From positions 5,627 to 69,626 of the forward strand of contig RECY01000034.1 in NCBI GenBank assembly GCA_007693785.1: 64,000 nt of DNA, read 5' to 3'. The stretch comes from Phycisphaerales bacterium. Its GTDB lineage: Bacteria; Planctomycetota; Phycisphaerae; Phycisphaerales; UBA1924. The translations under genes and the position numbers were made by a program. Each line of letters begins with the position of its first letter. The first letter of the stretch is position 1. The notes beneath the pieces are model-generated. The model did not search any database and was not told the DNA's origin. It saw nothing but the letters and a program-made list of their open reading frames with translations. Positions 37,644-46,350 of this stretch are shown piece by piece.

Positions 37644-38978
37644 TCAGGCGGCGTGCACGTTCCCGCTGCCCCGGATCATGCTCCGCCCCGTCGCGGCCAG
37701 GTCGAACTCGCCCGAATGGCTCGGGTAGAAGTTGTACGGGCGGACGTCCTGCCCGTCGGCCTCGGCGATCTCGAGCCCCCGGGTCTTGGTCAGGTCCATG
37801 ACTTCCGCCTCGGCTTCGTCGTCGAGCGCGCCCGCGACGAGGCTGTCGTCGGTGTCGGGCAGGCGCATGACGCTGGGTCGGCACGGGTCGGTGGGCGTGA
37901 ACGCGCTCACCACGCCGCGCGAGCCGTCGCTCAGGCGGACGATCGTGCCGGGTGCGTACGCGGGCGCGACCGCGAGCAGCGCTTTGAAGATCACCGGGTC
38001 GATCCACTGGCGGTAGGGCTTGTGGAGCATGGCGTGGAGCGTGCGCACAACGGGCATGGGCTGATACTCGCCCTCGTCGGCCCGTTCGAGCGTCGCGCTC
38101 TCCGGGTGGCGCAGGCGATCGAAAAGATCGGCGACCGCGATGAGGCGGGCGAAGACGTGGATCCCGCTCCCGCGGAGGGCCATCGTTTCGCCGCTGAGCG
38201 TCCGCCGACGCGGGAAGCCCGAGCCGTCGAAGCGCTGGTGGTGGTGCAGGACGGCCGCGGCGGCGGAGGGATCCACCCCGCCGCGGATCAGCTCGTACCC
38301 GACGCGGACGTGTTCTCGCCAGCCGGGGTCGCTCTCGTCGTGGCTCTGGTTCCAACGCTCGACCGTTTTCGGATCCATGCGGAGCATGCCGACGTCGTGG
38401 AGCATCGCCGCGACGCCGAGGCTGGTGACGTCGCGCGCCTTGGTCGGGTCGAGGCGGTGGCGCTCGCGGACGAGATAGAAATCCAAGCGGATGCCCATGA
38501 GCAGGCAGAGGAAGCAGACGTTGCTCGCGTGGCGGAGCGCGGGCTGGTCGAGATCGACCATCTCGCTCACGAACAGGGCGGCTTTGGGGTGGTCGGTCAG
38601 CTTGTCGAGCAGCCCGACGATGGCGCGTCGGTAGGCGGCGTAATCCAGGACCGCCGCGGAGTGTCGCGTGATCTCGTCGAACGCCTCGGCGATCTGGGCG
38701 GTGATCTCCGCCCGGGCCTTGAAGACTTCCGGGTTCACGATGTCGGCGATGAAGTCGAGCTTGGGGTAGCGGATCCAGAGCTCGGGGCACCGGATCTCGC
38801 GGAGGCGCATGATCGTGCGCGCGTCCAGCTCCACCCCGGCCTTGAGCAGGAGGGTCCCGTGACGCTTGGGGTGGTAGATCGCCATCGCCAGGACCATCCC
38901 GGGACGGGCCTGCACCATCGAAACTCGCAGCATCGCCCGCCTCCGCGTGACCGTGAGCCGCCGTGAACGCCTGAACAT
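37644..38978 (-). CDS. HD-GYP-family phosphohydrolase with a DUF3391-like N-terminus
   Basis: AAMLHDVGML (HD) and HHHQRFDGSGFP (variant of HHExxDGxGYP). Confidence 0.75.
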   Translation of the reverse strand: MFRRSRRLTVTRRRAMLRVSMVQARPGMVLAMAIYHPKRHGTLLLKAGVELDARTIMRLREIRCPELWIRYPKLDFIADIVNPEVFKARAEITAQIAEAFDEITRHSAAVLDYAAYRRAIVGLLDKLTDHPKAALFVSEMVDLDQPALRHASNVCFLCLLMGIRLDFYLVRERHRLDPTKARDVTSLGVAAMLHDVGMLRMDPKTVERWNQSHDESDPGWREHVRVGYELIRGGVDPSAAAAVLHHHQRFDGSGFPRRRTLSGETMALRGSGIHVFARLIAVADLFDRLRHPESATLERADEGEYQPMPVVRTLHAMLHKPYRQWIDPVIFKALLAVAPAYAPGTIVRLSDGSRGVVSAFTPTDPCRPSVMRLPDTDDSLVAGALDDEAEAEVMDLTKTRGLEIAEADGQDVRPYNFYPSHSGEFDLAATGRSMIRGSGNVHAA

Positions 38979-39102
38979 GCGGGTATCGACCAGATCCGCC
39001 CCGCCCTTGCCCGAACCCGAGAGTCAGGCCTCAAGTGGGGGTGTTGCCCCCGGTCGCGGGGCGAGACGGATACCGGACCCGCCCGCGGGGTTCGGGGCTT
39101 GC

Positions 39103-40101
39103 TCAGACGCCGATCGCGAAGATCAGGACCACGTATGCGATGTAGCCGACCAGCAGGAACAGGCCCTCGGCGCGGGTGATCCGTCCGGCAGTCATGAAGA
39201 TCGGCACGCACGCGACGGCCGCCGCCAGCGCGACCCAGACGTCCCGCGTCACCGCCTCGATGGGCACGCGGAGCGGGGCGACGAGCCCGCAGATCCCGAG
39301 GACGGCGAGCAGGTTGAAGACGTTGGACCCCAGCACGTTGCCGATGGCGATGTCGCTCTCGCGCTTGAGGGCCGCCCGGAGGCTGGTTGCCAGTTCGGGC
39401 ACGCTGGTGCCGAAGGCGACCATCGTCAGCGCGATCACGAACTCCGGCACGCCGAGATTCGACGCCAGGCCCGAGGCGCCGGAGACCAGCATGGCGCTCC
39501 CGCCCGCCAGCAGCCCGGTGCCGAGGAGCACCGCGCCCCCGGACCGCCACGGCGCGATCTGCGGCGGCTCCGGCTCGTCGGCCGCTTCCCCTGCCGGCTC
39601 GGTGTTGATCGCTCGCTTCTTCGCGACGGGGCGAGTGACCTGGGCCGGGTCCAGGGGCGTCCTGGTCCGATAGGCCCGCACGACGTACAGCACGATCCCG
39701 GCGCAGAGGATCAGGCTCTCCCATCGCGCCAGCTCGCCGCCGAGCAGCAACGCCGCGGCGAGGAGCGTCACCGCGATCACGATGAGCACGTCGTTCCGCA
39801 CGGCGCGGAGGGTGACGGGGATGGGTCGGATGACGGCCGTCAGCCCGAGGATGAGGCAGACGTTGGCGATGTTGGAGCCCAGGACCGTCGCGACGACCAT
39901 CTCGCTGCGGTCGGTGAGGACCATCCCGATCCCGCCGGCGAGCTCGGGGGCGCTGGTTCCGAAGGCGACAACGGTGAGCCCGACCACGAAGCGGCTGACC
40001 CCGAAGCGCAGCGCGATGACCTTGGCGCCGAAGATCAACAGGTCCGCCCCGACGACCAGCAGGGTCAGCCCGAGCACCAGCAACACCAGGTCGAGCGGCA
40101 T
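39103..40101 (-). CDS. Ca2+/Na+ antiporter (CaCA / YrbG family)
   Basis: Two alpha-repeats: GLTVVAFGTSAPEL...GSNIANVCLILG and ALTMVAFGTSVPEL...GSNVFNLL. Confidence 0.85.
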   Translation of the reverse strand: MPLDLVLLVLGLTLLVVGADLLIFGAKVIALRFGVSRFVVGLTVVAFGTSAPELAGGIGMVLTDRSEMVVATVLGSNIANVCLILGLTAVIRPIPVTLRAVRNDVLIVIAVTLLAAALLLGGELARWESLILCAGIVLYVVRAYRTRTPLDPAQVTRPVAKKRAINTEPAGEAADEPEPPQIAPWRSGGAVLLGTGLLAGGSAMLVSGASGLASNLGVPEFVIALTMVAFGTSVPELATSLRAALKRESDIAIGNVLGSNVFNLLAVLGICGLVAPLRVPIEAVTRDVWVALAAAVACVPIFMTAGRITRAEGLFLLVGYIAYVVLIFAIGV

Positions 40102-40157
40102 GGGCGCAACGATAGGGATCTCGCCGGGCCGAACCCCCGCGCCCGCGCCGGGCCGCG

Positions 40158-40640
40158 CTACGCCGGGTCGGCGGTGTTGACCATCCAGGCGCTGAAGGCC
40201 TCGAAGAAGGCGTCGAACGCGGCGCGGTGCTCGCTGGGGAACGCGCCGCGAGCCTGGGCGTCATCGGTCGCGTCGCGCAGGCAGCGGAGCCAGGCCGCCC
40301 GCGCCGCCTCGTCGATGCGGAACGGGAGGTGCCGGGCCCGCATCATGGGGGGCCCGTGTCGTTGCTGATACAGCGGCGGCCCGCCGCAGAGAAACACGAA
40401 CATCGCGCCGGTTTTGGCGGAGGCCGCCTCCAGAGCCGCGGGGTCGCGGGGGAACAGGTGGGCGATCTCGCTCCGCCCGAGGCGTCCGTAAAAATCGCGA
40501 GCCAGAGCCATCAACCCCGCCTCGCCCATCGCCTCGTAGACCGCGGGCGGGATGCGATCGGTCCGCGGGGGGCCCTCCGGCGGGGTCCAGATCGGGCGAT
40601 CCGGGTTCGGAAGTTCCGAGTTGAGAAGGTCGATATCCAT
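40158..40640 (-). CDS. truncated-hemoglobin-like globin family protein
   Basis: ATG at 40640. FYGRL....IAHLF, FLCGGPPLY, MRARHLPFRI and AWLRCL fit the bacterial-like globin pattern. Confidence 0.55.
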   Translation of the reverse strand: MDIDLLNSELPNPDRPIWTPPEGPPRTDRIPPAVYEAMGEAGLMALARDFYGRLGRSEIAHLFPRDPAALEAASAKTGAMFVFLCGGPPLYQQRHGPPMMRARHLPFRIDEAARAAWLRCLRDATDDAQARGAFPSEHRAAFDAFFEAFSAWMVNTADPA

Positions 40641-40727
40641 TCTGATCGCCTTTCGTTCGCACGCTTCCGGCAAGATTCCGTCGCGAGTGGTTTCAATGGC
40701 TCCCCGCGCCCTGACCGATGCATAGGC

Positions 40728-41567
40728 ATGATTCACATGCTCCGCCGCTGGCGTCAGGCGTTCGGCTCGGGACGGGCCCAGCCTGAGGGTGACTCCGAGC
40801 CCAAGCGGCTCCCGCGCCTCGACGAGCGATACCGCCCGCCGGGCGTCTGCTGCCCGCTGGGTGAGATCGTGGACCTCTCGGCCTCGGGGGCCCGGATCCG
40901 CAGCGATCAGCAGCCCATCGTGGCCCCGGGCGACACCGAAACGTTCCGATTCACCACCGGCAAGCAGCGACTCAGCGTCCCCGGGAAGGTCGTCTGGGTC
41001 CGCGGGGCCGACGGCGCCACCCTGACCATCCAGGACCACGCCGGGCAGAGCGCCCCGCCCCCGATCGAGCCCGGCGCGGACGGGCGTTACGAGTTCGGTG
41101 TCGCCTTTGCCGACACGCGTCCGGGCGTCCGCGGCGCCCTCGAAGAGCTCGCGCTCACCGGGCGCGTGACGGGTCAGCACCGGACCTCGCGCGACGTCGG
41201 CGCGTTTGTCGGGGCGCGGTCGGATCACGCCGCCGAGAAAGCGACGATCGAGCGCATGGGCGACGAGGAGCGTGCGGCGTATCACCAGCCGAGCATGACC
41301 GCGGACGTCGAGGTCGTGGATCTCTACGCCGTCTTGGGCGTCCCGCGCGACGCGGACCAGCTGACGATCAAGTCGGCCTACCACGAGCTCGCGAAGCGTG
41401 TCCACCCGGACCGCGCGCCGGAAGAGGCCGACCAAGAGCGGTTCGTCGTGGCGAACAAGGCCTACCGCGTGCTGAGCGACGAGAGCCTGCGGGCGCGGTA
41501 CGACGAGATGCTGGCGGCGGCCGAAACCCGCGCCGCCTTCGAGCCCGCCGACCGCGCCGCCGCCTGA
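40728..41567 (+). CDS. PilZ domain - J domain (DnaJ-like) fusion protein
   Basis: RLDERYR (RxxxR) plus DLSASG (DxSxxG) at the N-terminus. C-terminal J domain is DLYAVLGV...YHELAKRVHPDRAP...AYRVLSDESLRARYD, with the HPD motif. Confidence 0.7.
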   Translation: MIHMLRRWRQAFGSGRAQPEGDSEPKRLPRLDERYRPPGVCCPLGEIVDLSASGARIRSDQQPIVAPGDTETFRFTTGKQRLSVPGKVVWVRGADGATLTIQDHAGQSAPPPIEPGADGRYEFGVAFADTRPGVRGALEELALTGRVTGQHRTSRDVGAFVGARSDHAAEKATIERMGDEERAAYHQPSMTADVEVVDLYAVLGVPRDADQLTIKSAYHELAKRVHPDRAPEEADQERFVVANKAYRVLSDESLRARYDEMLAAAETRAAFEPADRAAA

Positions 41568-41621
41568 CGCACGCGCGACAGATATGCAAATCGCCGGAGG
41601 GCCATAGGGCCAAATCCGGAT

Positions 41622-41782
41622 GTGCCACTGACTTCTTCTGAGAGGTCAGTCCTCCGGGCCGCCCTCTCGAATCTCTACTACCCCGGCTCCCCCCGCCTCC
41701 GGCCCCACCCCCAACAACCAAAGAGCATCAAAAGAAGCCGGAGAGCCGGGAGCACTGACCTTGCGGACAAGGTCAGTGGCAC
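41622..41782. repeat. nested-palindrome intergenic repeat, copy 4 (161-bp core)
   Basis: GTGCCACTGACTTCTTCTGAGAGGTCAGTC...CACTGACCTT-gcggac-AAGGTCAGTGGCAC. Short tail-like remnants (GGGCCAAATCCGGAT / ATCGGGATG..TTTGGCCC) lie on both sides. Confidence 0.85.
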
Positions 41783-41884
41783 ATCGGGATGCCCGATTTG
41801 GCCCTCTGTGCATCTGCCATGTGGCCATTTTCCCGCGTAGACTGCCCTGAACGGATCACCTGACGCCGGAAGGGACCCCCCCAG

Positions 41885-43756
41885 ATGACCACGATCGACC
41901 CGCACGCCAAGGCGGCCCGCGTTCACGCCGCCGCCACGGATTTTGACCTCGCCCGCCAGATCAGCCCCCGGCGTCACTCCACCGCCTCGTCGGACCTCGA
42001 CGGGCTCGTCCGCGAGCAGCTCGAGCACTTCGGGATCGACCCGAACACCGACTACGGCAAGCACCTCGCCTCGTTCTGCCGCAGCCTCTACTCCGGGCAC
42101 GCGGACCTGCGCCGGATGTACGAGCAGGGCGTGGGCGAGCTGTCGGGCCTGGGTCGTCGCGAGCGTGCCGAGCGTTTCGCGGCTCAGAAGTTCCTCGCCT
42201 ACCAGCTCGCGAAGATCCTGGACACGCTGCAGCAGTCGAGCCGCACGGTGTACCAGAGCGTGGTGGACGACCCGAGCCAGCGCAGCCGCAAGGGCCCGTA
42301 CCCGGTCTTTGACAACGTGACGGCGCTCTTCAGCGCGCAGCCGGTGATCACGCGGACGGCGACGTACATCTACGCCTGCGCCGAATGGGTGGAAGACGCG
42401 TTCCAGGGTCAGGAGCTGATGCTCGAGATCTACTCACGCCTGCTCAACCCGACGAACGTGAGCCTCGCGAACCAGATCGTGGACGTCGAGGCGGGCGAGC
42501 TGGCGCGCGAGTATTTCGCGTGGAACTTCAACAGCGGGATGGCCGCGATCGACTGCATCCTCAGCCACCTGGTCGGCTACGAGGACATCGTGCTCGCGAG
42601 CCGCAACGTCTACGGCGGGACGTACCAGCTCCTCGTGGACTGGTTCGGCAAGAAGAGCAACCTCAACGTCGCGGTGCGTTTCTTCGACGGGTACGACGTC
42701 GAGTCGTTCACCAAGGCGCTCGACGAAGTGTCCGCGAAGTACAAGGACCGTCTCGCGCAGGGGCGACAGGTCTACGTCTACATCGAGAGCCCGTGCAACC
42801 CGCACGGGTACGTGCTGGACGTGCCGGCGATCTGCAAGGCCGCCCACGAACGCGGGCTGACCGTCATCTGCGACTCGACCGTCGGCACGCCCTTCCTGCA
42901 CCGCCCGCTCCGCCGCAAGGACCCGCTGGAGCGCCCGGACTTCATCGTCCACAGCTACACCAAGGACCTCGCGGGGCACGGCTCCACGACCGCCGGGTGC
43001 GTCATCGGGCGTAACGAGCGCATGTTCATGGGCAAGCACGACAAGGTCGATGGCCTCGACGTCGACGGCTCCAAGCGGACGTGGCACGGTGAAGAGACGC
43101 TGTTCTGGAACGTCTACTACATCAAGGGCGCGTTCCTCGATAGCGAGAAGTCGTTCGAGGTGCTCAACGGCATGCACACGCTCGAGCTGCGCATGCTCCA
43201 GAAGTGCATCAACACGCTGACGCTGGCCGAGGTGCTCGCCAAGCACGAGCTGGTCAACGTCAACTGCGCCGCCACGCCCGGGCACCACAACGCCGCGATC
43301 CGCGAGCAGTGCCTCTACCTCGGCCTGCCCGCGCCGCTGTTCACCTTCGACTTCGAGGGCGACGGCAAAGGTAAGCCGACCTTCTCCACCGGGGCCTTCA
43401 AGCGGTTCTTCGACATGCTCGACCCGGTCTTCGGGCACCAGGTGAGCCTCGGGCAGCCGAACACGGTCGTGCTCTGCCCGGCGATCACGAGCCACAGCGA
43501 GATGTCGCTGGAGGCGCTCCGCGACGCGGGGATTCAGCCGAGCACGACGCGCGTCGCCGTCGGCACCGAGGACCCGCGGACGCTGATCGCGCACCTGATC
43601 AAGGCGGCCGAGAGCTGCCTCGAACCCGAGCGCCCCGGCTTCATCAAGGACTTCCCGGCCCCGGACGAGATCGACGCGATCTATCGCAAGCACTACGCCG
43701 ACGTCCACAAGCGCTACGTCGAGAGCCTCGCCCCGATGAGCCAGCTCCTGCGCTGA
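41885..43756 (+). CDS. Cys/Met-metabolism-family PLP-dependent enzyme with a ~200-aa N-terminal extension
   Basis: NSGMAAI, YGGTY, ESPCNP and HSYTKDLAGHG (PLP lysine), with a C-terminal SLG...T.V..PA.TSHS pattern. Confidence 0.65.
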   Translation: MTTIDPHAKAARVHAAATDFDLARQISPRRHSTASSDLDGLVREQLEHFGIDPNTDYGKHLASFCRSLYSGHADLRRMYEQGVGELSGLGRRERAERFAAQKFLAYQLAKILDTLQQSSRTVYQSVVDDPSQRSRKGPYPVFDNVTALFSAQPVITRTATYIYACAEWVEDAFQGQELMLEIYSRLLNPTNVSLANQIVDVEAGELAREYFAWNFNSGMAAIDCILSHLVGYEDIVLASRNVYGGTYQLLVDWFGKKSNLNVAVRFFDGYDVESFTKALDEVSAKYKDRLAQGRQVYVYIESPCNPHGYVLDVPAICKAAHERGLTVICDSTVGTPFLHRPLRRKDPLERPDFIVHSYTKDLAGHGSTTAGCVIGRNERMFMGKHDKVDGLDVDGSKRTWHGEETLFWNVYYIKGAFLDSEKSFEVLNGMHTLELRMLQKCINTLTLAEVLAKHELVNVNCAATPGHHNAAIREQCLYLGLPAPLFTFDFEGDGKGKPTFSTGAFKRFFDMLDPVFGHQVSLGQPNTVVLCPAITSHSEMSLEALRDAGIQPSTTRVAVGTEDPRTLIAHLIKAAESCLEPERPGFIKDFPAPDEIDAIYRKHYADVHKRYVESLAPMSQLLR

Positions 43757-43784
43757 TCATGGCTTCTGGGGAGCGTTGGACGGC

Positions 43785-45236
43785 TCAGAGGAGCGGCGCG
43801 AAGAGGCTCGCGCCGCTCTCGGCCAGTTTGCGGGCTCGCCCCCGTTCGCCCCACGACGTGTCCTCGATGGGGTCGCTGTCGTCGATGTAGCCGCGTTGCA
43901 CGCGGGCGAGCTCGTCGACGGCCGTGCCGCCGTGGAGCACAAGGCTCAGCTCGTAATTGAGCCAGAAGCTGCGCCGGTCGAGGTTGACGGTGCCGACGAT
44001 CGCGAGTTCGTGATCAACGGTGATGGTCTTGGCGTGGAGCAGCCCGCCGCGGTAGGCCCAGACACGGACCCCAACGCGGAGCAGGTCCTCGCAGTTCGCG
44101 TGGGTCGCGAGCCCGACGAGCCGCCCGTCGATTTTGGCGGGGACGACCATCTCGGTCTTGACCCCGCGCTGGGCGGCCGTCGCGAGCGCTTCCATGAACG
44201 CCTCGTCGGGGACGAGATACGGCGTGGTCATGACCAGGTGGTCCTGGGCGGAGTGGATCGCGGCCAGCAGCATCCGGTAGAGGGCCTTCGGGTTCTGCCC
44301 GGGGCCCGAGGGGACGACCTGCACGCACGACGGGCCGGCCCGCACGATCTCCTTGGGCACCCACTGGTTCGGGTCCGCGGCCTCCTTGCACTCCAAAGAC
44401 CAATCCAGCTCGAACAGCGCGCTGAGCAGCCCGGCCGACGGGCCCTCCACACGCGCCATGACGTCGACCCACTGCCCAACGCCGGCGTCCTGCTTGAAGA
44501 GGGCGGGGTCGGCCATGTTCAGGCTGCCCGTGTAGCCGACGGAGCCGTCGATCGCGACGAGCTTGCGGTGGTTCCGCAGGTCCACCCGCGAGAGGAGCGT
44601 GCGCAGGCGTCCCACGGGGAGCGAGGCACGCACCTCGATGCCCGCGTCGCGCAGGCGATCACCCGCGGGCCCGAGCAGCGGCTTGCCCCCCACCGCGTCC
44701 ACCATGACGCGGCACGACACGCCGCGCTCCTGCGCGCGCACCAACGCGCCCTCGACCTGATCCACGATCCCGCCCGGCTCCCAGATATAGAACAGCAACT
44801 GGCAGGACTCGCGGGCGTTGTCGATGTCCTCGATCAGACGGGAGATCGACGCCCATGCGCCGTCCAGGATCTCAACGCGGTTGCCCCCGAGCGTGGGAAG
44901 GAAGCCGGTGCCCACGCCGATCGCGTCGGTGCCGACGCTCCCCGGGTGCCCGTCGCGCATCGAGACCCCGAACTGATCGCGCAGCACCGCGATGGATCGG
45001 AGCAGCCTCGGCGCGACGGCGGCGGTGCGCCGGGTGCGTCGCGTGCTGAGCCAGGTCTCACCGACCATCAAGTAAATGAAAACACCCACGAGCGGGAACG
45101 CCGCGAGCAACAGGAGCCAGGCGAGCGCGACGCTGGTCGCGGGGCGTCTCCAGATGATGCGGAGGGCGACCGCGATGACAGAGGTCACGTAGAGCAGGCC
45201 GGTCGCGAGCGCAAGCATGTTCGTTCCATCCCACAT
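43785..45236 (-). CDS. cls: cardiolipin synthase (PLD superfamily)
   Basis: Two N-terminal TM helices and two HKD motifs (NHRKLVAIDGSVGYTGSLN; LHAKTITVDHELAIVGTVNLDRRS). Start is at 45236 or 45218. Confidence 0.85.
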   Translation of the reverse strand: MWDGTNMLALATGLLYVTSVIAVALRIIWRRPATSVALAWLLLLAAFPLVGVFIYLMVGETWLSTRRTRRTAAVAPRLLRSIAVLRDQFGVSMRDGHPGSVGTDAIGVGTGFLPTLGGNRVEILDGAWASISRLIEDIDNARESCQLLFYIWEPGGIVDQVEGALVRAQERGVSCRVMVDAVGGKPLLGPAGDRLRDAGIEVRASLPVGRLRTLLSRVDLRNHRKLVAIDGSVGYTGSLNMADPALFKQDAGVGQWVDVMARVEGPSAGLLSALFELDWSLECKEAADPNQWVPKEIVRAGPSCVQVVPSGPGQNPKALYRMLLAAIHSAQDHLVMTTPYLVPDEAFMEALATAAQRGVKTEMVVPAKIDGRLVGLATHANCEDLLRVGVRVWAYRGGLLHAKTITVDHELAIVGTVNLDRRSFWLNYELSLVLHGGTAVDELARVQRGYIDDSDPIEDTSWGERGRARKLAESGASLFAPLL

Positions 45237-45255
45237 GGCGACTAAGGTACTCGCA

Positions 45256-46197
45256 ATGCCGGACCCGCAACGCGCCAGCCGACCGAGCAAACCTGCGCCG
45301 CGCACGCGTCGCCCGGTCGCGGCGGCCGTCCGCTCCGGGCTGCGCCGCTACCCGGCCGAGCTGCTCGCCTCGCTCCGCCCAACGCCGGAGCACGGCCCGC
45401 TCCCGGTCCGGGACGTCCTGCTCGAACTCGCCCCGCACGGGCTGGCGGCCGCGTGGCTCGGGCACGCGTCGGTCTTGGCGACGATGGGCGAGCTCACGGT
45501 CGCGGTCGATCCGGTGCTCTCGACGCGCATCGGCCCGCGCCTCGGGGCCCGCGTGTTCGGGCTGTCCCGACGAACGCCCCTCCCGATCGACGCGGCCTCG
45601 CTCCGCGGGATCGACGCCGTCCTGATCACCCACGCCCACTTCGACCACCTCGACCGCCCCACGCTCGCCCGCCTCGCCGACCCGCGCACGACGGTCATCG
45701 TCCCGCCCCGGTGCGCTCGCCTGATCCCGCGCGGGTTTAAAGCCGTCATCGAGCTGCCCGCGGGCGAAGCGATCGACTTCCACGGCGTCGAGCTCCGCGC
45801 CCTCATGCCCAGGCACTGGGGCGCCCGCGCATGGCTGGACCGCCGGCGCGGCTTCAACGCGTACATCCTCCGCAGCGATGACGCCGCCGCCCTCTTCGCG
45901 GGCGACACCGCCGAGACCGACGTGTTCGACAACCTGGACGGGATCGACCTCGCGGCCTTCGGCATCGGCGCGTACGAGCCCTGGGAGCACATGCACGCCA
46001 CGCCGGAGCAGGTCTGGCGGATGTTCCTCGCCTCCGGGGCTCGTCGGCTGCTCCCCGTGCATCACTCGACGTTCGAGCTGTCCGATGAGCCGATGCACGA
46101 GCCGATCACGCGCCTCATGAACGCCGCGGGCGACGACGCCGAACGCGTCATCGTCGGCGAGCCCGGCGAGATCGTGGTCGTCGAGCCGCCGCGATAG
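45256..46197 (+). CDS. MBL-fold metallo-hydrolase (NAPE-PLD-like)
   Basis: WLGHASVL and VLITHAHFDHLD. Candidate starts at 45217, 45235 or 45256. Confidence 0.7.
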   Translation: MPDPQRASRPSKPAPRTRRPVAAAVRSGLRRYPAELLASLRPTPEHGPLPVRDVLLELAPHGLAAAWLGHASVLATMGELTVAVDPVLSTRIGPRLGARVFGLSRRTPLPIDAASLRGIDAVLITHAHFDHLDRPTLARLADPRTTVIVPPRCARLIPRGFKAVIELPAGEAIDFHGVELRALMPRHWGARAWLDRRRGFNAYILRSDDAAALFAGDTAETDVFDNLDGIDLAAFGIGAYEPWEHMHATPEQVWRMFLASGARRLLPVHHSTFELSDEPMHEPITRLMNAAGDDAERVIVGEPGEIVVVEPPR

Positions 46198-46350
46198 GCT
46201 CGCTCTGATCATGCCGCCGCGCGGGCTTGCGGATGGCTCACAACCGAAACGATGTGCGCAGCAGCGCGCCCCCGCCCGTCGTCCGGTATTGCACCGGGCG
46301 TCGGGAGCAGGGGCGCCGCCACTCTCTCGGCCGTCAACGGGCGAACACGC

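Noticed and set aside
41801-41884. A SAM or other riboswitch in the leader of the Cys/Met-family PLP enzyme gene.
   Set aside because: Most of the intergenic space is occupied by repeat copy 4. The remaining ~85 nt show no SAM-I or SAM-II-like conserved helices that I can recognise. An Infernal/Rfam scan would be needed to exclude it formally.
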